Of a stretch of DNA of 64,000 nucleotides, positions 27,955-38,233 are shown piece by piece. The translations under genes were made by a program, and so were the position numbers. How positions within the stretch are numbered: the stretch's first letter is position 1; each line of letters starts with the position of its first letter. A model generated the notes under the pieces. That model had not been told where the DNA came from. It saw nothing but the letters and a program-made list of their open reading frames with translations, and did not search any database. The DNA comes from Verrucomicrobiota bacterium. Lineage in GTDB: Bacteria; Verrucomicrobiota; Verrucomicrobiia; Verrucomicrobiales; DEV007. The DNA is taken from positions 1-64,000 of the forward strand of contig JASFYY010000010.1 of assembly GCA_045046875.1 (NCBI GenBank), given 5' to 3'.

Positions 27955-29153
27955 CCATCCTCCCTCCGCTGATAGAAATGATCAAGAACTGCCGTGCGCA
28001 GCAGTCCGGCGGCATTGGCAGACCATTCCAGCGGACTGCCTGTCGCCTTGAGTAGATCTCGCCCGGGATCGAAGCCAAACTTACTCAAAATCAGCTCGCG
28101 TGAATGGTATTGCCTATTCGAATGCGATCCGTGGGGCTCAGCTAATGCAGTATAATCTTTAACAAATCCCACTGCCCCACCGACCCGATCAGACCACTCT
28201 GTCGCCCAATGCTGGTAGCCCTCCAAATACTTCGCATTGTTATTAAATTGCGCCCACTGACCCGCCTTAGCTGCTGCCCCCACCGTTGCTAAAAAGGCCA
28301 GCTGATCACCAGCACCAATCACTGAATCTTCGTACCATCCCAAGCCATCCCATAGCTCTCCACGAACAGCCCAGCCTAGTCCTGTCTTGTAGATCTGCTC
28401 GATAGGCAGCCTGCCGTGAATAAAATTAGCTGCTGCCCCCAAAGAGTCCTGACGCTGATCTGTAAACTCGCAAATAATTTTCTCAGCTACCTGCACCGCA
28501 GCGCTTTCATCCAGAGCCCGACACACACATTCGAACCAATCTTCACCACAGTTTTGAATATCGGTATCTCCGTCCAGCCAGCCCACATTCACAAAACCAC
28601 GCTCACGCAAAATTTGTGTACCAACATTGATCAACGCTTCCTTCTGCCACAATACGGAGTCAGATCTTAGCTGGAGCAAATTGCCCGCTCGATCCGTCAG
28701 ACTAAACGCCTGGTCACCGAACGCCAGCTCCACAACCAACAACCTATCTTTCATCCAATCAAAACGTTCAATAAATCGTTCAAAATTAGCCCGAGGAGCG
28801 TTATAACCACAAGGATTGAAATACACCGCCACAAACCCAAGCTCACCACCATTCAAATCGTTGAACGCCTCCTGCCGCCTGATATGCGACACACTCACCT
28901 CTTCAGGATGATGCACCACCGTCCTCACACTTGGGAATGCCACCCTGACCGCAGCCTCCGCTGCAGCCCTGTAGTTCCCCACACGCCTGCGCTCCCTATA
29001 GAAATCAGCCCCTGCAGACAACCCGTAGCCACCGCCAGGCTCCGCAAACACAGCTGTCAGCATCTCCTCAGACCATTCCTTCACCCCCTTCACAGCAGCC
29101 TTCTCACCGTCAGGATAAAGACACACCACCTTGCTCCTATCTTTTTTCATCAT
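27951..29153 (-). CDS. Glycosyltransferase-like protein (GT-A-type DxD)
   Basis: VAVYFNPCGY, LWQKEALIN, VGWLDGD, GLGWA, IGAGD, HG motifs resemble GT-A fold enzymes. Confidence 0.65.
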   Translation of the reverse strand: MMKKDRSKVVCLYPDGEKAAVKGVKEWSEEMLTAVFAEPGGGYGLSAGADFYRERRRVGNYRAAAEAAVRVAFPSVRTVVHHPEEVSVSHIRRQEAFNDLNGGELGFVAVYFNPCGYNAPRANFERFIERFDWMKDRLLVVELAFGDQAFSLTDRAGNLLQLRSDSVLWQKEALINVGTQILRERGFVNVGWLDGDTDIQNCGEDWFECVCRALDESAAVQVAEKIICEFTDQRQDSLGAAANFIHGRLPIEQIYKTGLGWAVRGELWDGLGWYEDSVIGAGDQLAFLATVGAAAKAGQWAQFNNNAKYLEGYQHWATEWSDRVGGAVGFVKDYTALAEPHGSHSNRQYHSRELILSKFGFDPGRDLLKATGSPLEWSANAAGLLRTAVLDHFYQRREDG

Positions 29154-30556
29154 CGATCAAGACCCAAATAAATCCGCAAAATAAAAGGCTGCGTTTTCCT
29201 CCTTATTATCCCCACGTCATAAGCTCCAGGAGCAGGCTCCGTGACCACAGCCGACACAAAGCTCCCCGGATAAGCCCCACCATCCCAATTCGCCGCCACG
29301 AAATTAGATCCAGGTGCCTCCTGCAACTTCAACGAAAACTTATCAAAATCAGCGCTGAAATTGTTAGCCAAATCCGCAGGTTTCAAAACCAACGTCGCGC
29401 CAGCATTATCAGCAAACATCTTAAAATCCAAATCAGAGGTAGTCGTCGCACCGGCAATATCACCGAGCATCCAAGTCTCAAAAATTGAATAGCCACGCCA
29501 CGCAGCATTACTCGTCGTGATCCAATTAGTGTGCCCCGTATCCACACCATTATACCAAATATCAAACTTCTGATTCGCACTCAACCGCCCCACCCCATCG
29601 AGCGACACCCCACTAGACCAGACCATATCAATCGCCCTCACGTTTGTGTAGTCCTCAGTATCCACCGTCGACGAAATAACAATCCCACTCGACCCATTCA
29701 CCGCCGCACTAATCCCCAGAGTATGCTTGTAATCCGAAAACGTCCGCTGATTCGCATCCACCGCCGGAAACGCCTCACCTGTAGCCGACGTATCCCCAGT
29801 GATCACCGCTGCCGTAAAAACCCCGCTCCCGTTACGCGTCACATCAATAGTAGTATTGATCACCGCATACCGTGCAAGGTAATCTGATGCTGGGATATTG
29901 ACCACCACCTGCACATCATACGAAACTGTCGTGCTATTCGCCTGATCCGGCAGATTTATCGTCAAAACTCCCGGCGTCGACTGATTGTGCGTCATGTCGA
30001 AAGTATCACTACTCGCCGCCACAGCAGCCCCTGTCAGCCCATAAGGGATTGCCACCTTGATCACACATTTAGCATCCAAAAATGCAGTCTCCCCCGTCAG
30101 CTGAGCCTCCACCAGCGAACGCAGGCGCTTCGCTGTCAGATCGAGCATCATGCGATACCTCACCCCCTCAGCATCCGACATCGGTGCCACCGAGCCATCG
30201 TTCAATACCACCGGGCGCTCCCCCACAAACTCCACAATCTGCAAAATCGCTTCAGTCGGAGCAGCAGCCACCAGTTCCCCCCCACGCCGAAAACCCAAAC
30301 CAAAAGGAGCATTGCTATCTCCCACAGAAAATGCATTCACCACCAGATCCCGAGTATCCTTCGGCTCCAAAGAAGCATAGTTAGACTGCAACACATCATT
30401 CACCGGCACCACCTTCGCCGGAAACTCCCCACCCGCCGAGCTCTGATCCACCGCCAATGGTGGCAACTCCACCCCCATCAAAGCCACCTTCCAGCTATTC
30501 AGATCAATATCAAAACTAGGCGACAAAGCCTGCAAAATTTCATTATTAGTAGCCAT
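29150..30556 (-). CDS. Putative tail or receptor-binding structural protein
   Basis: Beta-rich Thr/Ser/Ala composition; distal tail position. Confidence 0.5.
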   Translation of the reverse strand: MATNNEILQALSPSFDIDLNSWKVALMGVELPPLAVDQSSAGGEFPAKVVPVNDVLQSNYASLEPKDTRDLVVNAFSVGDSNAPFGLGFRRGGELVAAAPTEAILQIVEFVGERPVVLNDGSVAPMSDAEGVRYRMMLDLTAKRLRSLVEAQLTGETAFLDAKCVIKVAIPYGLTGAAVAASSDTFDMTHNQSTPGVLTINLPDQANSTTVSYDVQVVVNIPASDYLARYAVINTTIDVTRNGSGVFTAAVITGDTSATGEAFPAVDANQRTFSDYKHTLGISAAVNGSSGIVISSTVDTEDYTNVRAIDMVWSSGVSLDGVGRLSANQKFDIWYNGVDTGHTNWITTSNAAWRGYSIFETWMLGDIAGATTTSDLDFKMFADNAGATLVLKPADLANNFSADFDKFSLKLQEAPGSNFVAANWDGGAYPGSFVSAVVTEPAPGAYDVGIIRRKTQPFILRIYLGLDR

Positions 30557-30559
30557 AAT

Positions 30560-33250
30560 TCAAGTAATCGATGCAAACCCCAAAGACACCGCCCCAGAGT
30601 CACCTTCAGGCACCGCCTGTGGTCCGGTGATCGCTACGATGCCGTTAGGATCCGGCTTGCTGTTCTCCGTATCAAAATCACGCAAATACACCCTCATCGC
30701 AAAGTTACCGCTCGTCGGCTTAGTTCCTGCCGCCACCGCATTGCCATACTTAATCTGATCCATCGAGATCACCCCCACCCCATTCACCAACTCATTCGTC
30801 ACCCGCACACCAAAGCGGTGGATGCTCAGCGCAGGCATCAAGATGATCCTCTGCTCCAGCGCAGGATTCGCCACGTCCCACACCACATCCTTCAAGTTCA
30901 TCCCAGGCGAACCAGGACCAGTGTCTTGCGGAGCCGTTCCCAGCTCCACCACCATCACCCATTGTGCAAAACTCTCCGACTTCATCACTCCCATCTGGTA
31001 AGCCCAGTCCGCGAAAAACTGACGCCCTCGGCTCAGCTGCCCGTCATTGACGAAGCCCTCGAACAGCGTGCGATTAAAATTCGTCGGATAGTAACTCGAC
31101 AACCCAGTCCGTCCCGACACCCGATACCACACATTGCCATCACAAGCCGCGAACTGCCCAGCCTTCAGCACATCCCCCGAATGACCCCCACCCGCGAAAA
31201 TATCGATATCCACCAGACCCGTATTCTCAAACACACGATTTAGGTAAACATCATCAGGATCCGGCAAGTCACCAGACAACAGCAACGGCACCACGTCCTC
31301 CGGAGACGCATCATGCACAGCAGGCAACAATCCCCCAGGCCTCCACGCATCAAGATCCACATCCTCGAGCAAACCGCTCTCCGGTTTTTTAAAATTCCCC
31401 ATCACCGGAAACAAATCCAACATCGGGGGAAATACCCAGTGAGCAAAAGTCGAAATATCCGGCTCCCGCAATTTTATATCCCCACTCGCCACATAGCCCT
31501 CCAGCACATCCACCCGATCCGTCAGCGCCGCGAAAGTTTCCAACAAGTTGATGATCTGCCCCATCGGATGTTCATGCGGATCCAGCGCAGACGTATCGTC
31601 AGCAGCCAGTATGATTATCCCCAGCGTATTGGCACCCGGCGCAGGATTGTAGCCACCTATCAGCGTCACCTCCAACAAATCATCGCTGGTATAGCTCAGT
31701 GTGTAATCCACACCCGCAACCAACTGCTTCCCACTCGCCATGTTCTCCCGGATCTGCACCAACAAATACGGCGTAGCCAGATTGTGCTGAAACGAACTCA
31801 GCACCACATTCCCAAACAAAAAAGACTTGCCCGCATGCCCGACCGTCATCTGGTCAGTAGTGAATGGTATTCTTGCAGGCCAGTCATACGGACGCAGCCA
31901 GTCAATCGCCTCCAGCACAGCCTGCCCTTCCCATATCAGATCCCGTTTGACCGTCACCTCTGTTAAATAAGTCCAAGTCAGCAGATTAGTATCATCGGTA
32001 GGATCATCATACACCACCTCGATCGAGAACGGCAGAGTGATCTCATCCTTATCATCCAACGCCGCAGCTCGCAGTACAGCAGCCATATCCCACTTATCCA
32101 AGCCCATCGACACCGTCACATCCCCCAAAGGTGCATCCACCTCCACGATCTCCAGCTCAGCATGATTATCCCCAGCCATCGACCCCACGAACTCCACATG
32201 CCCCACATTGGGCGAGGGATTCGTCACCACAAAAGCCCCGTCCTCATCCGCTAACGGCGCTATCCCCTCTCCGAATCGAGTTGGACCATCGTCATTACTG
32301 AACAACCAACTGCGCCTACCCTTCCACCTCGCCTGATATGTCCCGCGGTAGAACGGATTAAAAGTTATCTTCTGTATCTCATTCAGCTCCACCCCGCCAG
32401 CATCACCGCCTTCTTGAAAAGTGTTCACCTTCGGAGGATTGATAGGCACCCGCTTCCACGACGACTCAAACGCCACCGGAGCCAGCACCGTCCGGATTTC
32501 ATGCGTCCAGATCCCATCCTTCTCATGCGACCGAACCCTTACAAACGACGTAGGGTTCAAAGAATTCGCCGCCGCCACCAGAGGCACCGCCGCATTTTGC
32601 CCGGCGAACACAGCAAACCAAGAGCCATCGCCCATCGGTCTCTCCACCGTCGCATTTTCAAATCCCACCGTCACCGCCCCATATTTCTTACCCACCCCCA
32701 CATTGCTCAGCCCATTGATAGCCGCCTCCATTTCAGCAGCGCCCGCAGCAAATCCTATATCCACCGTCAGCTCGTTCGCCTGGTGCACCCCCACACCGAG
32801 GTCAGTTATATCCACCGCCGCCCCGCCCGGCGACTCCGCCAATTGGTAGTCATCATTCGTTTTATTGATGATGTAAAAGTCCTTACCCGTCAGCAACCCA
32901 CCAGACAAAGTGTCCGTCGTTAGCAACCGCAAGCGCGTCCCATTCTCTCTGCCATGAGCCACTGCCAGCACTCGATCCGTCACCGGATCCACAGTGAAGA
33001 TCATCGCCTCCCCCTCCAGCATCAGTGCAAAAGTCCCAGCCTTAGCCCGCTCATCCACCACACCCACCGAGGCCGCCACCCGCCGCACCGTGCGTTCCAC
33101 CTCCACCATTTCCGAACCCACCTTCTGCGCCATTCGCATGCTCAGGTGCATGGTATCGCCCTGATTCTGAATAGCCCACGTAAAATCACTCCCGCCCAAC
33201 TCCTCGGACACCGAGTTTTTCCCCAAATCTAAAAATAATAACTGCTCCAT
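30560..33250 (-). CDS. Large tail/baseplate or fibre protein (896 aa)
   Basis: Size and position downstream of the tape measure module. Confidence 0.55.
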   Translation of the reverse strand: MEQLLFLDLGKNSVSEELGGSDFTWAIQNQGDTMHLSMRMAQKVGSEMVEVERTVRRVAASVGVVDERAKAGTFALMLEGEAMIFTVDPVTDRVLAVAHGRENGTRLRLLTTDTLSGGLLTGKDFYIINKTNDDYQLAESPGGAAVDITDLGVGVHQANELTVDIGFAAGAAEMEAAINGLSNVGVGKKYGAVTVGFENATVERPMGDGSWFAVFAGQNAAVPLVAAANSLNPTSFVRVRSHEKDGIWTHEIRTVLAPVAFESSWKRVPINPPKVNTFQEGGDAGGVELNEIQKITFNPFYRGTYQARWKGRRSWLFSNDDGPTRFGEGIAPLADEDGAFVVTNPSPNVGHVEFVGSMAGDNHAELEIVEVDAPLGDVTVSMGLDKWDMAAVLRAAALDDKDEITLPFSIEVVYDDPTDDTNLLTWTYLTEVTVKRDLIWEGQAVLEAIDWLRPYDWPARIPFTTDQMTVGHAGKSFLFGNVVLSSFQHNLATPYLLVQIRENMASGKQLVAGVDYTLSYTSDDLLEVTLIGGYNPAPGANTLGIIILAADDTSALDPHEHPMGQIINLLETFAALTDRVDVLEGYVASGDIKLREPDISTFAHWVFPPMLDLFPVMGNFKKPESGLLEDVDLDAWRPGGLLPAVHDASPEDVVPLLLSGDLPDPDDVYLNRVFENTGLVDIDIFAGGGHSGDVLKAGQFAACDGNVWYRVSGRTGLSSYYPTNFNRTLFEGFVNDGQLSRGRQFFADWAYQMGVMKSESFAQWVMVVELGTAPQDTGPGSPGMNLKDVVWDVANPALEQRIILMPALSIHRFGVRVTNELVNGVGVISMDQIKYGNAVAAGTKPTSGNFAMRVYLRDFDTENSKPDPNGIVAITGPQAVPEGDSGAVSLGFASIT

Positions 33251-33274
33251 CGCGCTCTACGAAGCGCGATGGAG

Positions 33275-33871
33275 TCAAATAACCTTTCTCAAATCAAAAA
33301 TCTCAATTGTTAGCGCAGCTCTCTTTACCATCATTCTAGACAAATCATTTTCTATCTCCACCAACTGACTCCCCGCCGATTTATACCGTTCATCAAGAAA
33401 TCCATACTTCGTTACCTTACTGCCATTAGCCTGCTCAAAATTATACTTATCAATAAATTCTTTATGCCACATCACTTCAGCATTTGCCTCATCAATTCGA
33501 GATGACATAATGGTCAATTCCAATTCATACACCTTCAACTTATTTGCAATCTCCTGCACTTCATTCTGCCTCTCCAGCTCTTTTGCTGATTTCTGCTGAG
33601 CTATCCTCGAATCCCTCAGCTCAGTCGACTGCAAAATCACCGCCACAGCCACACCCACCAGCGCAATGCCTGAAAATAAAGCATTCACCGCCCCAAAACT
33701 ATCGCCAATTGCTGCCGCCTGGTTCATATCCCCGGATAGACACCAAATGATACCCGTCAAAACAAACCAAAGACCAACCATCAACGCCAGATACCCGGCG
33801 ATCATACCAGGATCATACCATTTTCTCGTTCCTTCTTTATCCTCACTCATGCCCCAACGCTCGTCCCACAT
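33275..33871 (-). CDS. Membrane moron resembling the N-terminus of putative abortive-infection (AbiC-like) proteins
   Basis: GDSFGAVNALFSGIALVGVAVAVILQSTEL after a TM, then a coiled coil; more AT-rich than neighbours; start probably 33850. Confidence 0.55.
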   Translation of the reverse strand: MWDERWGMSEDKEGTRKWYDPGMIAGYLALMVGLWFVLTGIIWCLSGDMNQAAAIGDSFGAVNALFSGIALVGVAVAVILQSTELRDSRIAQQKSAKELERQNEVQEIANKLKVYELELTIMSSRIDEANAEVMWHKEFIDKYNFEQANGSKVTKYGFLDERYKSAGSQLVEIENDLSRMMVKRAALTIEIFDLRKVI

Positions 33872-33894
33872 CTAAGCTACATGCAAGAAAAAAT

Positions 33895-34062
33895 TCACCC
33901 CTCTTCACCCTCCCCAAAAAACAACGGATCGAACGGAATCGCCACATAAGGAAACTCCGGCTCCAAACGCGGCCTCTCATCCCTCGCCACCTCCGCCGCC
34001 TTCTCCCGCTCCGCCCTCAGCCGAGCCGCCTTATCAAATCCAAATCCGTCATCTACGCTCAT
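33895..34062 (-). CDS. Small phage protein (55 aa, below the ORF-track cutoff)
   Basis: MSVDDGFGFDKAARLRAEREKAAEVARDERPRLEPEFPYVAIPFDPLFFGEGEEG; phage-like codon usage. Confidence 0.6.
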   Translation of the reverse strand: MSVDDGFGFDKAARLRAEREKAAEVARDERPRLEPEFPYVAIPFDPLFFGEGEEG

Positions 34063-34080
34063 AATCCTACATCCTTCTCC

Positions 34081-35130
34081 CTAAGTCCAAAACTGCCCCC
34101 GGATCCTCGACTGATTCAACAGCGCCTCAGCCTGGAAACTAGCCGCATTATTCTCATCTAAAAACCCCTGCACCGCCAGGTTCCCTACCCCACCAGCCAG
34201 AGGCACATCAAAGCTCAAGCTTCTACTCTGCACCGCCTCCAGATCCTGATCCACCCCATAGCGCAAATGCCAAAACACCCGCTGGCTCACATACGGCGTC
34301 CACGACTCATCCGGCTCCGACCCCTTGACCGCCCCCACTGGCGACACCAGATACAGCGTAGCCAACCACCTCTCATCCAATCCCGGATCCTCACCTCCCA
34401 ATATCCCGAGCCCATCCAACTCTAGCGGATCCGGAGGAATGTATTTTCTCACCACCTTCAGCGAAGCCTGATCCCTCGCAGGCATCCGCACCCCCAGTTG
34501 GAAGTCCACCTTATTGCCCGCACCCACCCAATCTACCGTCAGCGCAGGGCGAGGTTGCACCAGCACCACGTCCACTGCCCGCAGCAAGCGCACCTCATCC
34601 GGATCCGGCAACGCCCCCGAAAATCTAGTCACCGCACCCACCCCGTCCAGCTCCGTTGATCCCCGCCGATCCTCCACCCCCAGCTCCAGAAAATAGCCCG
34701 GCACCGCCTCTGCCTCACCGAACTCACTCGCATCGTAACCCACCGCACGCCAGCGATCATTAGCCACCGGCAGCACAGGGTTTTCGCTCAACCACGCATC
34801 CAACCACTCCGCCCCCTCGCTCACTTCCGCCGCCAGTCTCTCCACCGTCCAGCTCGGAGCCGCCTTCGTCGCCACTCGTATCACCACCTCCTCCTCATTC
34901 ACAAACCCCGCATCCACCTGAGCCCCCCATCGACCTTCCTCCACATTCCAACCCAAAGTCATCATCCATGGGTGGCGAAACTGATCACTCTCCACCACCG
35001 TCACCCGCAGCGGACGCGACCGGGTAAGCTGATCCACCACACGGTTCCATTCATCGATCCCAATCGAATCGATCAGATATTCGCCATCGCCAAAAGTCGC
35101 CTCTGGAACCAAACCCGCCATAATCCTCAC
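34081..35130 (-). CDS. Putative tail protein
   Basis: Coupled tail-module ORF. Confidence 0.55.
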   Translation of the reverse strand: MRIMAGLVPEATFGDGEYLIDSIGIDEWNRVVDQLTRSRPLRVTVVESDQFRHPWMMTLGWNVEEGRWGAQVDAGFVNEEEVVIRVATKAAPSWTVERLAAEVSEGAEWLDAWLSENPVLPVANDRWRAVGYDASEFGEAEAVPGYFLELGVEDRRGSTELDGVGAVTRFSGALPDPDEVRLLRAVDVVLVQPRPALTVDWVGAGNKVDFQLGVRMPARDQASLKVVRKYIPPDPLELDGLGILGGEDPGLDERWLATLYLVSPVGAVKGSEPDESWTPYVSQRVFWHLRYGVDQDLEAVQSRSLSFDVPLAGGVGNLAVQGFLDENNAASFQAEALLNQSRIRGQFWT

Positions 35131-35756
35131 ACCGAACTAAAATGATGTGTCCCACTCCCCTCACCCTCACCGGGTATAAACACATGCCCCAGATTGTGCA
35201 GCGTCTTCTGTCTCACCCGCTCCACCTTGATCCTTTTTTTATCCCAATACAAAATCGCCAATGCCTCAAACCCCACCCCTGGACCAGCATCCTTCCGTGC
35301 CGCCTTCACATCCGCAACATGCACGATGCTCAACCAATCCTCAGCATCCATCAGCGGCTCCCCCGCCTGCACATCCCACAGCATGCGCACGCACACAAAA
35401 GACCGTCCATCCTCACCAGCGCCCTCGATCACCGGGATCTCAGGCACCTCTACCTTTTCCCCATCCAGATCGATCCCGTCTAGCCCTATCCCATCCACAG
35501 TCGGCATCTCATCCAGCACAAAACCAACCCCCACCCGAGCCAACAAGCCCGTCACCGACACCAAAAAATGAGGACTCCACGACGGCGGCTCCTCGAAGAT
35601 CACCCCCGTGCCATCCGGACCATAAGCCACCCGCGCATTTGGATCCGTTATCACCACATCACGCTGCGCAGCATAACGCAGCAACCTCGCCCAAAACACG
35701 TCCACTGGATCTCGATCCCGAGGCCGCAGCTCATCTATGTTTACCAGGTCATTCAT
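35127..35756 (-). CDS. Putative tail protein
   Basis: Coupled tail-module ORF. Confidence 0.55.
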   Translation of the reverse strand: MNDLVNIDELRPRDRDPVDVFWARLLRYAAQRDVVITDPNARVAYGPDGTGVIFEEPPSWSPHFLVSVTGLLARVGVGFVLDEMPTVDGIGLDGIDLDGEKVEVPEIPVIEGAGEDGRSFVCVRMLWDVQAGEPLMDAEDWLSIVHVADVKAARKDAGPGVGFEALAILYWDKKRIKVERVRQKTLHNLGHVFIPGEGEGSGTHHFSSV

Positions 35757-36460
35757 TTAGTCCCACTGATCAACTCGCTCAATGCAGGATTCCAACCGCC
35801 AGGAGGGGATAACTTCCACGATTCTCGAACCTCCACCACATCACCCCGCTCGATGATCTGCGGAGGAGAAAATTTAAAATTCCGCTTTTCATAAGAACCT
35901 TTTATCCCAGGCGGACGCGTCACTATCTTATCCAACTGCCGCGTCAACGCATGCGGAAACGTCCGCCGCACATAACTTCTATTATAAACCAACTGCTCAA
36001 GAGGATACGTCCGCACTCCGTGCATCGGATTTTTATCCCCTACTTTAGCATCCACCCCCTTAGTGAAACCGCCTGCCAGACTCCCCGCTCCATCCGGGAT
36101 CAACCGAGGAAACAACAAATCTCGCCCCTCATAATACCCTCCGAATTTTTTAATGATATTCTCAAGATCCCAATGAGTCTCTATTTTCTCTTGAGAGAAA
36201 GACCTATCATAGTTCGTTATGACTTTATCCTCCTTCCCCCCATCGCCGAGCCCCTCATAAAACACCTCCACAATCCAGCCCGCAAGCTCCGTATCCGCCT
36301 CTACCTGACTGAATGACCTATCCACCTCCGGCACACCAGAGACAAACGTATCCCCTACCGTCCACACTTCATCGAACGTATCCACATGCCAGCTCCGCGT
36401 CGTCGATAACACCCCCAAACGATCACGCCCGCCCCTGGTTCCTGCTGTCCTTTGCCCCAT
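35753..36460 (-). CDS. Putative distal tail protein
   Basis: Immediately downstream of the tape measure gene. Confidence 0.55.
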   Translation of the reverse strand: MGQRTAGTRGGRDRLGVLSTTRSWHVDTFDEVWTVGDTFVSGVPEVDRSFSQVEADTELAGWIVEVFYEGLGDGGKEDKVITNYDRSFSQEKIETHWDLENIIKKFGGYYEGRDLLFPRLIPDGAGSLAGGFTKGVDAKVGDKNPMHGVRTYPLEQLVYNRSYVRRTFPHALTRQLDKIVTRPPGIKGSYEKRNFKFSPPQIIERGDVVEVRESWKLSPPGGWNPALSELISGTK

Positions 36461-36463
36461 ATT

Positions 36464-38233
36464 CTATCTCCGGTTAAACACCGCCCTACCAGTCGGCGGA
36501 TTCTTAGTTGGTTTTTGTTTCTCGATCCGTTCCAAAGTCGCCAACACCTTCTCCTGCACCTGCACCCCCTTCTCCGCCACCTCCAAAGCCCGCTCCGGGA
36601 TCTGTTGACTGCCAAACAGAGAATTCACCGCATTTTGCAAACTACCCGTAGCAGCACCACCCGATTTACCACCCACACCAGAAAAAGCCCCACCCGCCTG
36701 CAGCCCAAATTTATCGCCAAAATTCCTCTGCATCGATCTTAATTCATTCAGCCCTGGCGTATCCGCAAAGAGCCTCGACCGACCAGACGGCTGCGGCGTC
36801 CCACCCGCCGCCAACTTAGCTTCACGGAAATCATGATCCAACGGCGTGAACTGCCCCAAATCAATCTCCTCCATCAAGTTGATCGCATCCGTCACCGGCT
36901 TTATCATAGCCGCCAATCGATCTTCCTTGCTCTTAGTATCAAAAAGAGGCGAACTTTCAGCAGGTCCAGCAGGTCTGCCCGCACGAATATTCTCCTTCTG
37001 ACCTCTAGTCATATTCGATATATCCGTCGTCTCACCCGTATCTTGATTGTGGGAAAATTCCATCTTCTGCAATCCCACAGAATTAAGTAACCCATTCAAA
37101 AAACCTTCAGAACTCTCGAACGCCGTTTTAATAGAACCAAATAGTCTATCCCCAAACGCCTCCGCCATGTTGAGGAATTGAGCCTTTAACCCATCAAGCT
37201 TTCCACCTTCGCCAAGCGATTGGAAAGTTTTTATAACTACCGCCTGCAGATGATTCGCCGCCTTCTCAAAAGCGATCTGCAACGCCACCCCAAGCGCCCC
37301 CATGATATCCCCACCGCTCAGCTCCTCCAACGACGTCCGCACAAACGTCACCCCGTCACCCAGCGCCTCACCCACCAGCGCCGCCTCGTCCTTCATCGAC
37401 TTCACCAGCTCGATAGCATCCACCAGCACCGGCTTCAGCGCATCACCCAGAGGCTTCCCCATCTCCAACCGCAAAATCGAAAATTGATCCTTCAGCGTAG
37501 AATACCTACCCGCCAAAGTCGTCGCCTGCCTCTCCAGCAGGTTATGAAAATTACCGCCTTCACTGGTCAAGTCGATGAAAGCTTGTTTAACATTCTCAAA
37601 CCCTATCTTTCCCTTACTTCCCAGCTCCTTCACCTGGTCCACACTCACCCCCAGCTGCTTGGCGAACTCCTGCAGCACCGGGATCCCCCGCCCCGTCAGC
37701 TCATTAATATCCTTTGCGAACAACCGCCCCTGCACTTGCGCCTTTCCATATAACGACGCAATTTCACCAATCGGCGCACCGATAGCCGACGAAATATCAC
37801 CGATCCTCCTCAAAGTATCAGGCACCTCCTCCGCTGCCGCGCCGAACGCCAGCAACGATTTAGCAGCATTCCCCAGATCCTCGAACTGCAGCGGCGTATT
37901 AGCCGCATCCTCCCGGATCCTCGCCAAAAGTTCCGTCGCCTGCGAGCTATCACCCACCAGCACATCAAACGCCACCTCGAGCTGCTCCTGATTCGCAGCC
38001 TCCACCAACGAATCCTTCAAAATCTTACCAATCCCCACCGCAGCCACCCCCACACCAATCGCCGCCAATGCAGGCAAAAACGCAGCTTTAAACCCCTTCG
38101 CCAGATTCGATCCCAGCCCACGTCCCTTGCGCTCCGCCCCACCCGCAAACGTGCTCAGCCTCTTATTCGCCTGCCCCAAAGCAGCCCGAAACTTACTGAT
38201 CTCCAAATCCAATTCTGCAGTTATCTCAGCCAT
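36464..38233 (-). CDS. Tail tape measure protein
   Basis: EQLEVAFDVLVG...AANTPL...LRRIGDIS...YGK...GRL..DINEL..RGIP tape-measure domain. Confidence 0.92.
   Translation of the reverse strand: MAEITAELDLEISKFRAALGQANKRLSTFAGGAERKGRGLGSNLAKGFKAAFLPALAAIGVGVAAVGIGKILKDSLVEAANQEQLEVAFDVLVGDSSQATELLARIREDAANTPLQFEDLGNAAKSLLAFGAAAEEVPDTLRRIGDISSAIGAPIGEIASLYGKAQVQGRLFAKDINELTGRGIPVLQEFAKQLGVSVDQVKELGSKGKIGFENVKQAFIDLTSEGGNFHNLLERQATTLAGRYSTLKDQFSILRLEMGKPLGDALKPVLVDAIELVKSMKDEAALVGEALGDGVTFVRTSLEELSGGDIMGALGVALQIAFEKAANHLQAVVIKTFQSLGEGGKLDGLKAQFLNMAEAFGDRLFGSIKTAFESSEGFLNGLLNSVGLQKMEFSHNQDTGETTDISNMTRGQKENIRAGRPAGPAESSPLFDTKSKEDRLAAMIKPVTDAINLMEEIDLGQFTPLDHDFREAKLAAGGTPQPSGRSRLFADTPGLNELRSMQRNFGDKFGLQAGGAFSGVGGKSGGAATGSLQNAVNSLFGSQQIPERALEVAEKGVQVQEKVLATLERIEKQKPTKNPPTGRAVFNRR

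Noticed and set aside
29987..31243. 418-aa plus-strand ORF and many similar His/Pro/Arg-rich plus-strand ORFs across the prophage and T2SS operon
   Set aside because: Antisense artefacts of the strongly G/T-biased coding strand, which leaves few stop codons on the opposite strand.
29150..33250. Diversity-generating retroelement or invertible tail-fibre system
   Set aside because: No reverse transcriptase, no TR/VR duplicate and no invertase were seen.
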